From Phycisphaerales bacterium (GTDB lineage: Bacteria > Planctomycetota > Phycisphaerae > Sedimentisphaerales > UBA12454), in the NCBI GenBank assembly GCA_003142595.1, contig PLMU01000006.1:282325-346324 (forward strand): DNA of 64,000 nucleotides, given 5' to 3'. The position numbers were made by a program, and so were the translations under genes. Position 1 is the first letter of the stretch. Every line of letters starts with the position of its first letter. The notes beneath the pieces were generated by a model. That model was not told the DNA's origin. It did no database searches and was given only the letters and a program-made list of their open reading frames with translations. Shown here in pieces: positions 8,629 through 16,772 of this stretch.

Positions 8629-9645
8629 TTAAAATTCAATTACGTTTGCGCCCCATGTTAACCCGCCGCCGAAAGCGACAAGCAGAACGACATCTCCTTT
8701 TTTAATTCTGCCGCTCCTGACGCACTCGTCCAGTGCGATGGGTATCGAGGCCGCTGAGGTATTGCCGTATTTATCGATATTTATGAATACCTGCTCATCG
8801 GCAAGCTCAAGTCTTTTCGCGACCGATTCGATTATTCTTGCGTTCATCTGATGAGGAATGAACAAATTTATATCTTTAAGTGTCAAGTTGCAGTTTGTCA
8901 GACAGTCATCTACGGTCTCGATAATTTTTCGAACCGCAAGCTGATAAACTTCCCTGCCGCTAATCTGCATAAAAACTAAATTTGGGTTTTCGAGCGGTTT
9001 GCTGACCGGATACCTGCTCCCGTGTGCCGCACAGTGAATTGCCTGCCACCCTGAGCCATCAGAGCCGGATGTGCTGTAAAAAATTCCCCTGGGTCCTTTT
9101 TTGTCGCCTCTTTTTATAACTGCCGCACCCGCTCCGTCGCCGAAAAGAATGCAGCTTTTCCTGTCTTTGTAATCCGTAATCTTACTTAAAGTTTCAGCTC
9201 CGATGACAAGGACGTTATCATATCTGCCGTTAATGACAAAATTCTGAGCGATGCTCAGTGCGTAAACAAATCCGCTGCACGCGGCCGATATATCGAATGC
9301 CCAGGCCTTTTTCGCTCCGAGCATATCCTGCACAAAACAGGCTGTTGATGGAAATACCATTTCGGGCGTTATCGTCGCCGTAATAATCAATTCTATATCT
9401 TCAGCGGAAATCTTCGCCTGCTCAATTGCTTTTTTTGCCGCTTCAGTCGCCAGCATTGCTGTCGTCTGGTCTTCGGATGCTATATGGCGAACCTTTATGC
9501 CCGTTCTGGAGGTAATCCACTCATCGCTGGTCTCGACCATTTTTGTAAGGTCTTCGTTTGTGAGCTGTTTTTGGGGAGTGTATGACCCCGTGCCCGCTAT
9601 AACAGCACGAAAAGCACAATCCGAACTCTTTTTTATACTACTCAT
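8629..9645 (-). CDS. fabH: 3-oxoacyl-ACP synthase III
   Basis: 338 aa. Active-site Cys context DISAACSGFVYAL, HQMNARI and GNTSAASIP motifs. Confidence 0.9.
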   Translation of the reverse strand: MSSIKKSSDCAFRAVIAGTGSYTPQKQLTNEDLTKMVETSDEWITSRTGIKVRHIASEDQTTAMLATEAAKKAIEQAKISAEDIELIITATITPEMVFPSTACFVQDMLGAKKAWAFDISAACSGFVYALSIAQNFVINGRYDNVLVIGAETLSKITDYKDRKSCILFGDGAGAAVIKRGDKKGPRGIFYSTSGSDGSGWQAIHCAAHGSRYPVSKPLENPNLVFMQISGREVYQLAVRKIIETVDDCLTNCNLTLKDINLFIPHQMNARIIESVAKRLELADEQVFINIDKYGNTSAASIPIALDECVRSGRIKKGDVVLLVAFGGGLTWGANVIEF

Positions 9646-10657
9646 CGGTGCCCTTAACTCCGGTTGTTGCCAGATATTCTTTTATCTTTTCATTAATTCC
9701 CAGATTGTGAAATTTCCGACTGGCCATAATTGCATTTTTTATTGTTTTACTCTTGCTGGAACCGTGACATATTACACAAGTTCCATTTACGCCTATCAGC
9801 AGTGCCCCGCCGTATTCGTTATAATCGTATTTCTGATACATTCGCATCATTACGGGCTTGAATTTCATTGCAAGAAGAAGTGATTCCTTCATCAGTTCGT
9901 GTTTGATTACCTTAAACAGCCCGTCAACAAGCCCTTCTGTCAGCTTAAGCACGACATTGCCGACAAATCCGTCGCAGATAGCGACGTCGCATTTGCCTTT
10001 AAATATGTCTCGCCCTTCGATATTGCCGATAAAATTTATTTTCGGGTCGCTTTTGATAAGCTCTCTTGCTTTTTTTACTATCTCATTTCCTTTGGCTTCT
10101 TCTTCGCCGATACTCATAAGTCCGACACGCGGATTTTCGATACCCAGAAGATATTTCGAATACATACAGGCCATTACGGTGTATTCATAAAAGTTTATAG
10201 GTTTGCAGGAGATATTAGCGCCGACATCGCACATTGTCACAGGCCCTTCGAAAGTCGGGAACACTACTGCTATCCCCGGCCTGTTCACTCCTTCGATGTT
10301 TCGCATTCTCAACTGGCAGCCCGCCACGCAGGCTCCAGTATTTCCCGCTGAGATAACCGCGTCAGCTTCGCCGTCGGCGGCAAGTTTTGTCATTACTGAT
10401 ATTGAGCTGTTTCGTTTCTTTCTCAGTGCGTCAATTGGCGATTCGTCCATTCCTATAACTTCAGGCGCTTCGACAATCTTCAGCACATTAGCGTATTTAC
10501 TCAGATTTTTTGAGCCGATTTTGGATTGAATGGTCTCGGAAGGTCCGACAAGAAGCAAAGTGTCCCCTTTGTCGAGCTGCGGTATCGACTCTATTGCACC
10601 ATTAAGGATCTCATCAGGTGCGAAATCGCCTCCCATGGCGTCAATGGCTATCCTCAT
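9638..10657 (-). CDS. plsX: Phosphate:acyl-ACP acyltransferase
   Basis: 339 aa. It begins MRIAIDAMGGDFAP, typical of PlsX. It overlaps fabH by 8 nt and follows rpmF, the classical arrangement. Confidence 0.9.
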   Translation of the reverse strand: MRIAIDAMGGDFAPDEILNGAIESIPQLDKGDTLLLVGPSETIQSKIGSKNLSKYANVLKIVEAPEVIGMDESPIDALRKKRNSSISVMTKLAADGEADAVISAGNTGACVAGCQLRMRNIEGVNRPGIAVVFPTFEGPVTMCDVGANISCKPINFYEYTVMACMYSKYLLGIENPRVGLMSIGEEEAKGNEIVKKARELIKSDPKINFIGNIEGRDIFKGKCDVAICDGFVGNVVLKLTEGLVDGLFKVIKHELMKESLLLAMKFKPVMMRMYQKYDYNEYGGALLIGVNGTCVICHGSSKSKTIKNAIMASRKFHNLGINEKIKEYLATTGVKGTDE

Positions 10658-10659
10658 TG

Positions 10660-10851
10660 TTAGCTCGCCTCCTCTGTTTTGGCGAGTTTAAGAGTAATTT
10701 TTGAATTAACATATCCGCAATTATCGCACGCTGCATGAGGCAATTTGGGACTATTGCATTTTTTGCATACAGTATAATGCACGGCCTTTATCGCATGATG
10801 ACTTCTGTGTGTTCTTGTTCTTGTTCTGCTTTTCTTTTTTGCTGGTAACAT
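10660..10851 (-). CDS. rpmF: 50S ribosomal protein L32
   Basis: 63 aa. It is basic, has a CxxC...CxxC zinc-ribbon pattern (CKKC..CDNC), and sits immediately upstream of plsX. Confidence 0.9.
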   Translation of the reverse strand: MLPAKKKSRTRTRTHRSHHAIKAVHYTVCKKCNSPKLPHAACDNCGYVNSKITLKLAKTEEAS

Positions 10852-11288
10852 CTGATTTCTCCGGTTTAGGATAAAAAAACAACAAAGCCCAATCCCCTCA
10901 TTCTCAGTTTTTTAGGCTGAAAATCGCGGCTAAATTGTTCTTTGTATCTGTTATTCAGGCGAGTAAAATCGCCTTTTGCGGCTAAAAATCGCCAATTAAG
11001 TCCGAATTCTGAGTCGTTTTAATAGTTTAGATTGCACCTATTGTCAAGAAAATTTAAAAAAAACCTAACATACCAAAATTATCAGAATTAAACCTATTAT
11101 TTGTCCAGTAAATCTAAATTATTGAAAAATCACTAAAAATGGTTAAATTGGCAACAAAACAGTAACATTTGCGTTATTTAGGAAGGAAATTTGCAATTAA
11201 AACAGACATAACTATATATTTAGCAAAGAGTTAAGTGTCATAAACATTTCTATATTTCTTTTTCTGAACTGATATACCAAAAAATCTC

Positions 11289-11317
11289 TTGCTAATTTTA
11301 AAAATAGTATTTAGTAT
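11289..11317 (+). promoter_or_regulatory. Candidate sigma70-type promoter for the Cys-repeat cassette
   Basis: TTGCTA (11289-11294), a 17-nt spacer, then TAGTAT (11312-11317). It lies about 60 nt upstream of ATG 11379, which has a strong SD AGGAG (11367-11371) at 7-nt spacing. The promoter consensus for this lineage is unknown. Confidence 0.3.
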
Positions 11318-11378
11318 TATGATGTTATGGTAAATCCATAATATCTTAAAAGTTCATCATATTTGTAGGAGATGATTT

Positions 11379-11723
11379 ATGAGAAAAATTGCAGTTTTAA
11401 TTATTATTGTACTTGTGGGAATAGCTTTTTGCGCATTTGCGGATCACAACAACTCTGTTGTTTTAAAAGATGCATCTTTTAGTTCGCCCGCTGCAGCTAT
11501 ATCCTACAACATGAGTGGCTGCCTCAACAAGCAAACTTCTAATTCCTCATTGGCTCAGTCTATTTACGAACAAGGAATAGCTACTCCATTGGCACGTAGT
11601 GAAGCTTGTTCTACAGGCTGTTCCACTGGTTGCTCTAATGGCTGTTCCAATGGCTGCTCTAATGGCTGTTCAGATGGATGTTCTTCGGGCTGTTCTACAG
11701 GCTGTTCAGTAGGTTGTAAGTAA
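11379..11723 (+). CDS. Secreted protein with a C-terminal (Cys-Ser-x-Gly)x9-Cys-Lys repeat
   Basis: 114 aa. Signal peptide MRKIAVLIIIVLVGIAFCAFA, then a Ser/Asn/Ala-rich linker. It ends CSTGCSTGCSNGCSNGCSNGCSDGCSSGCSTGCSVGCK. It has a strong SD. Confidence 0.7.
   Translation: MRKIAVLIIIVLVGIAFCAFADHNNSVVLKDASFSSPAAAISYNMSGCLNKQTSNSSLAQSIYEQGIATPLARSEACSTGCSTGCSNGCSNGCSNGCSDGCSSGCSTGCSVGCK
11607..11717 (+). repeat. 12-nt (4-codon) tandem coding repeat TGY-TCN-NNN-GGN, nine units plus a final Cys codon
   Basis: Read directly: tgttctacaggc tgttccactggt tgctctaatggc tgttccaatggc tgctctaatggc tgttcagatgga tgttcttcgggc tgttctacaggc tgttcagtaggt tgt. Confidence 0.9.
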
Positions 11724-11759
11724 GTTGTAAGAGGGCCTTAAACACCTGTTCTAATTGAG

Positions 11760-13292
11760 GTGTATTCATTGTTTGCAAAATTTCCTGATATTAAAAAGGA
11801 AGTTCGCAGATTTAATTGCGGACTTCCTTTTTTATTAATTTGTTTTCTATTGTCGCTGATGTTCTCTCGTGGCTTTGGGATTCAGTTTATTTTCAAAGTC
11901 GTTGTATTATTACTCTTTGGATTTTTACTCTGGCATCGCTGGACTATAGGGAATATTAGTTCTCTAATCAAAGTTGCATTTTGTTTTGTTGCTGCGTGCC
12001 TATTCTGGCCAATTGTATTTCTTTATGGATTTTGGTCTTTCGTTATTGGAGAATCCTCTGATGACCATAAGTTACACTGGCAGGCAGGAACCAGTGCAAT
12101 TTTGTTTTTCTGGCTACTTCAGAACACAACTATCGGGTCATGGACATATTTCCCATTTATTGGTATGCCTATTTTTCTGATTACCTGTTTCATTCTTTTC
12201 TTTTTGCCGCGACAAGTCCAGACCGGACTAATAATTGCTTGTATGATTTTCAGTATTTTCCAATTATACAATATCCGTTCCGATGCCCAAATAGGATACA
12301 ATCAACTATATGCTCCCGGGTATAGACAAGGAGCCGTCTTATCAAAAATTCTCAATGGCACTTTGGTTGACATAAATAATGTAGGGGGTAAGGTAGGAAT
12401 TACAAGTTTGATTCAGAAATCAAAAGTAAATAACTCACAGTATCCGATTATACTGGTTGAACACGATCAAAAGCCTAGCAAGGATTATCCCATTATTATC
12501 GAAAGTAGTGTAACTATGCCATATCCTTGGTATGCTAATCAGCTTTTTGGAGATCAATATTTACTTGCTGCGATAGCAGAAGACGGACAATGGATTTCAA
12601 ACATTGGTGGAAAATTATCGCCAAAAGGTCATTTTGTGCTCATAACTAAAACTAGACAAGGCTATCAGCCATTAATAATTAAGTATGGCAAAAAGGTATA
12701 TATTAACGATTCTGATCCATTCGTGGACAGGCTTGCAAATTATCAGCAATCGGCTATCCGGGAAATAGCCTATGGGTTACCGTTTTATAGATCTCTTAAT
12801 ATCCTATCTCTAGTTGGTTTACTTTTGTCACGATGGAAAAAAACGAATATAATCATATCTTGCATTATTTTGGTCATTATTCTTGTGTATGTCAATCGTC
12901 CGATACAGGGAAACGTCAGAATGGTAGGTGATGTTAGTTTTCCGCATGAACCATCGAAAATATCTGGCCTGATGCGCAGCATAGTTGATGCCGGGTTTGC
13001 TTACACAACAGGAACGGAGAATTGCACATTGTTAGTTGTAGGCGAAAGTAAAAAAGCTGCGATTAAATCAACTGAACTTATGGTGGTAGGGAGTGCCGGA
13101 GCTACAATAACTTTGGGAGAAAATGTAATCAAGATTGATGAACTTCCTCTTGGTGATGAGGATGGAGTAATAGATGCTCGAAATGTAATAATAAATGGCG
13201 TCCTAAATAAACCTAGTGTGAAATTTCAAAATATAACAATTTTAGGTACAGGTAGTCCTGCAAAACAAAACTGGTCTATATGGCTTCGTTAA
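11760..13292 (+). CDS. Polytopic membrane protein of unknown function (about 6 N-terminal TM segments, soluble domain, TM pair, C-terminal soluble domain)
   Basis: 510-aa ORF, Phe/Ile/Leu-rich hydrophobic segments, low-GC codon usage. The start is uncertain. The track uses GTG 11760. TTG 11769 has GAGG 8 nt upstream. The gene overlaps the next one by 13 nt. Confidence 0.6.
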   Translation: MYSLFAKFPDIKKEVRRFNCGLPFLLICFLLSLMFSRGFGIQFIFKVVVLLLFGFLLWHRWTIGNISSLIKVAFCFVAACLFWPIVFLYGFWSFVIGESSDDHKLHWQAGTSAILFFWLLQNTTIGSWTYFPFIGMPIFLITCFILFFLPRQVQTGLIIACMIFSIFQLYNIRSDAQIGYNQLYAPGYRQGAVLSKILNGTLVDINNVGGKVGITSLIQKSKVNNSQYPIILVEHDQKPSKDYPIIIESSVTMPYPWYANQLFGDQYLLAAIAEDGQWISNIGGKLSPKGHFVLITKTRQGYQPLIIKYGKKVYINDSDPFVDRLANYQQSAIREIAYGLPFYRSLNILSLVGLLLSRWKKTNIIISCIILVIILVYVNRPIQGNVRMVGDVSFPHEPSKISGLMRSIVDAGFAYTTGTENCTLLVVGESKKAAIKSTELMVVGSAGATITLGENVIKIDELPLGDEDGVIDARNVIINGVLNKPSVKFQNITILGTGSPAKQNWSIWLR

Positions 13293-15286
13293 CTGGAACT
13301 GCAATAGCTCTGATATTTTGTTTAATATTCGGTCAGTTTTCAATGGCATTGCTGATCGCGGGTTTTTTGAGCCTATTAGGAATTATTTTTAACTCCCTCC
13401 AGAAAACTGCCTGCTTTATTTTCATAACAACTGTTACTTGTGCTTTTGTTATTTCTAGTAAATCAGAGTTGGCTTTTTTTATACCAGCCATAACTCTTTG
13501 GTTAACGAAAGAAGTTTTAGATAAAAGTTTATTCCCCAAAAATATTTGGATTATCTTTGCGCCTTTGGCAATTTATTGTATAACTTTTCAGGACCGCGAT
13601 ATTAAAATTTTGATTTTTGTGATTTTCGTTTTAGCCTTACCAAATTTTATTTTCTCATCTATACCCAAATACATAAATAGTCGGAAATGGAATATTATTA
13701 TGGTAGTAGCCATAATTGGTGTTGCCATAGTTAACCTTCTACTGTCAATGCCCATATATGACGGAAAGACGGCCATAATTGAATCAGGTGTCTGGGCTAA
13801 AACTGAAGTAAAAATGAATGATGTACGAAATTTGAACATTGAGTCCATTTATTCATACTCCGAATTTAAAGACCTTTTGGAAGCGCACGTTATTAAACCT
13901 TCAGATATTAATGATACCTATGCTGAAGCTTGGCTTATAACCCCTACTCAACCTTTGGATAATGATACAAAACGTAAATTATGTGATTGGATAAAACACG
14001 GTGGTCGGCTAATTATTGTGTCGGATCACACAGATCTTTTTGGTCATGGGAGGGTTATCAACTCATTTATCTCTGATCTTGGGCTTGAAACATCGTATAC
14101 GGCATTTTTCCCTATAACACCTAATTTGAAAGCTATGACTAACTGGGGCGAAAATGCCTGGTTGAAAACAACAAATGTCCAAAGCGGTTTATTCTTGTGG
14201 CCAGAGGTAACAGCAAGATGGGTGAACGAGAGCGCAGACTATTCCAGTAGAAATTTTTTTGGCCCGCTTTTGTTAAGTGCCGATGATACATTAGGACGTC
14301 GTGTAATAGCAGGCACAAAAAGTTGGGGAAAAGGACGTCTTGTGATTTTTGGGGATAGCACAAGTCTATCTAACTTTGCCCTTTATCAACCCCACAACAT
14401 CAATCTAATAGAAAAAATTCGAACTGGAAGTCGTTTCGCGTGTCTCTTGCCTTTTATTTCAGGTATACTCGTTGTGTCACTTTTAATTTCATTATTTTTT
14501 AAGAAATTAGATATTTTGCTAGTGATACCTGTGATAGGACTTTTTGCAATTTTAGATTGTCAAACCATACCTGTTAACTGGAAGCCTTTTGCATATTGGT
14601 CAGGTAACGAGAAAGCAGTAATGGAATTTGGACATATTCAAGAGCGTTTGTCAACAGCATATGCGGTTTCTTTTCTTTCTGGGCTTAAGCCTCGATGGGT
14701 TTCAAACATAAATCATAATATGACTGGTTTTTGGGTAGGATCAATGCCTCCACCCAACAGCAGATGGAGATGGATCGATACTAGCGATGCAAATGGATGT
14801 TTAGAAAACTATGATAAACGATTGGACACACTGTTATATAAAATTTCAGCAGGATCCCCTTATTTATGGAATGGAAAATTAGACCCTAATCATGCTAAGA
14901 TAGGTGGCATATGGACAGACAATGCTATGGGGGATTGGTGGTTTGATCGAGGTATTAGTAAATCTAAGCAACAAAGAATACAAGCATGGCTTGCTTGGTT
15001 ATCTAGTCAACCTTTACCAGAACCAATACACCCTATTGTTTTACATGATGCTTTCTTAAAGGATTACAAATTAAGAATTGATACGCAAGACTGGCAAACT
15101 GTTACCATCCCAGAATTACCTTTTAAGAACGATGAAATATATATAGGCCGTGGAATTTCTGCTACTATTGTCAATGCACAAGGTAAAACGATGTTCCTTG
15201 GAACAAAATCGTTTACTGAATCTTGGAACAGCGCAAACGCATGGGTGTTAATACCATTTATACCGGATAGTAATGTCAATGAATAA
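13280..15286 (+). CDS. Polytopic membrane protein with a central GldG/DUF4350-like soluble domain (tentative)
   Basis: 668 aa with about 5 N-terminal TM segments. The soluble part contains KHGGRLIIVSDHTDLFGHG and GKGRLVIFGDSTSLSNF. These resemble the 'GG-x-L-hhh-D' and 'hhhhGD..hh.N' strand motifs of GldG / ABC-transport-auxiliary / DUF4350 folds. Two more TM segments follow, then a Trp-rich C-terminal domain. Confidence 0.6.
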   Translation: MASLTGTAIALIFCLIFGQFSMALLIAGFLSLLGIIFNSLQKTACFIFITTVTCAFVISSKSELAFFIPAITLWLTKEVLDKSLFPKNIWIIFAPLAIYCITFQDRDIKILIFVIFVLALPNFIFSSIPKYINSRKWNIIMVVAIIGVAIVNLLLSMPIYDGKTAIIESGVWAKTEVKMNDVRNLNIESIYSYSEFKDLLEAHVIKPSDINDTYAEAWLITPTQPLDNDTKRKLCDWIKHGGRLIIVSDHTDLFGHGRVINSFISDLGLETSYTAFFPITPNLKAMTNWGENAWLKTTNVQSGLFLWPEVTARWVNESADYSSRNFFGPLLLSADDTLGRRVIAGTKSWGKGRLVIFGDSTSLSNFALYQPHNINLIEKIRTGSRFACLLPFISGILVVSLLISLFFKKLDILLVIPVIGLFAILDCQTIPVNWKPFAYWSGNEKAVMEFGHIQERLSTAYAVSFLSGLKPRWVSNINHNMTGFWVGSMPPPNSRWRWIDTSDANGCLENYDKRLDTLLYKISAGSPYLWNGKLDPNHAKIGGIWTDNAMGDWWFDRGISKSKQQRIQAWLAWLSSQPLPEPIHPIVLHDAFLKDYKLRIDTQDWQTVTIPELPFKNDEIYIGRGISATIVNAQGKTMFLGTKSFTESWNSANAWVLIPFIPDSNVNE

Positions 15287-15555
15287 TTAAGGCCGCCCGT
15301 CTCGACCCTATAGAGGCACTCAGACACGAATAACTGATTTTGCATATCTATTTATATATCAAACAGTTATGTTCATATTTTGCAAGTTAAACTCTCTCTA
15401 AACAAAATATTTGCCATAAGTCCTTATTTTTCATGCTCAATTTTTTATTCTTCTGTGGATGGAGTTTTCATTCTTTATATTTTTTCTTATTGAAAGATGC
15501 CTATAAATCGGTTATTCTCCTAATCTCTATGATTTTAACAGGAAAGTTGCGAAAT

Positions 15556-16329
15556 ATGGCAAGAAATCCCAGACATGCAGCGCTTTATGAGCTTATTAAT
15601 AAGGCGCGGTTCAAAAACGCTCAACAAAAGGCATTGGCCAGAATTGGCGTCAAAACCGATTCGGTCAAGCCGTTGGAAGAACGGCCGGTTGTTGTTTCTC
15701 AGGAAGAGCCAGCCGCCCCTGTGCAGGTAGAAACTGCCAGGCCGGAGCCGGTTAAAACAATTGCTGCATGGTCTGCCAAGCCAAAGCCGTTCAGGGTTTA
15801 TCCTGACCGGATTGAATTGTGTATTTCGTGGCAGGCAGCGGTAATTACAACGCTTGCTTTCGTAGCGGTATTGCTGGTCTGTTTCAGATTAGGCCAGGCA
15901 TATTCGATTAAAAAGGCTCAGGAGCCAAAGGTTGCAAAAGCTGTTGTTCCCGTACAGGCTGTTATACCTGAACCTGTAAAACCGGCTGCCGAGAAAAAAC
16001 CAGCGGCGCAAAATCCGCCCAAAATGGTCGAGCCGATGGGCGATAATATTATTGTTATTACAAGTTACGATGTAAGCTCGCATCTGGAACCGGTAAAGCA
16101 ATACTTTGCCACATACGGAATAGCGACTGAGATAATAAAAAGAGGTTCCCGTTACCTGCTGGTAACGCAGAACCGTTTTAATACTATCGATAAGCCCGGC
16201 ACTGATGGCTATGAAATGAAAAAGAAAATAATATCCGTCGGGGCGAATTATAAACCGCCGGCCGGCTCAGGTTTTGAATCCTTCGGAACAAAGCCGTTCC
16301 AGGATGTCTATGCAATGAAGGCTAATTAG
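15556..16329 (+). CDS. Membrane-anchored Pro/Ala-rich protein with a possible SPOR-like C-terminal domain
   Basis: The track ORF starts at 15433. I prefer ATG 15556 (MARNPRHAALYEL...), which has a purine-rich stretch upstream. There is one TM segment (AAVITTLAFVAVLLVCF) and a PEPVKPAAEKKPAA linker. The C-terminal ~80 aa (IIVITSYDVSSHLEPVKQYFATYGIATEII..) is loosely SPOR-like. Confidence 0.5.
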   Translation: MARNPRHAALYELINKARFKNAQQKALARIGVKTDSVKPLEERPVVVSQEEPAAPVQVETARPEPVKTIAAWSAKPKPFRVYPDRIELCISWQAAVITTLAFVAVLLVCFRLGQAYSIKKAQEPKVAKAVVPVQAVIPEPVKPAAEKKPAAQNPPKMVEPMGDNIIVITSYDVSSHLEPVKQYFATYGIATEIIKRGSRYLLVTQNRFNTIDKPGTDGYEMKKKIISVGANYKPPAGSGFESFGTKPFQDVYAMKAN

Positions 16330-16348
16330 TTTTTTTGGAGTTTTGAAA

Positions 16349-16756
16349 ATGTCAATTGATCGTTCACTGAAGCTTAAAGGTGCCCTTGTAAGACACCGTA
16401 ACGTACTTACACGTTCAGAGAGACTTGCCCGACTCAAAGAAGAAGAAAAATGGGAAGATGGCAATAGCGTTTTCGGTCTTGCCAAAGTAGCCAATAGAAA
16501 GGTTACTGTATCCAAGAAGAAAGAAGCCAAGGCCGCAGTAGAAGGCGAAGTTGCAGGCGTCCCAGGCGCAGCTCCCGGAGCAGCAGCACCAGCAGGAAAA
16601 GCTGGAGCACCGGCTGGCAAACCCGGTGCAGGCGCAAAGGCCGCAGCACCAGCCAAGGCCCCTGCCGGCGTCAAAGCCGCCCCAGTAAAAGCAGCTCCCG
16701 CAGCCAAATCTTCCGGTCAGGGCAAACCCGGTGGCGGCGGCGGTGGAAGAAGATAA
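16349..16756 (+). CDS. Small basic protein (TIGR04137-like N-terminus) with a long Ala/Pro/Gly/Lys-rich tail
   Basis: MSIDRSLKLKGALVRHRNVLTRSERLARLKEEEKWEDGNSVFGLAKV matches my memory of the 'small basic protein' family. The tail is AAPGAAAPAGKAGAPAGKPGAGAKAAAPAKAPAGVKAAPVKAAPAAK..GGGGGGRR. ATG 16349 is preferred over the track's TTG 16343. Confidence 0.6.
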   Translation: MSIDRSLKLKGALVRHRNVLTRSERLARLKEEEKWEDGNSVFGLAKVANRKVTVSKKKEAKAAVEGEVAGVPGAAPGAAAPAGKAGAPAGKPGAGAKAAAPAKAPAGVKAAPVKAAPAAKSSGQGKPGGGGGGRR

Positions 16757-16772
16757 GCTATTTAGATAACGA

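Noticed and set aside
11180-15410. Possible att-like direct repeat flanking island 1 (TTGCAATTAAAAC near 11195 versus TTGCAAGTTAAAC near 15385)
   Set aside because: The match is only about 11-12 imperfect positions in very AT-rich DNA and is too weak to distinguish from chance. No integrase is present.
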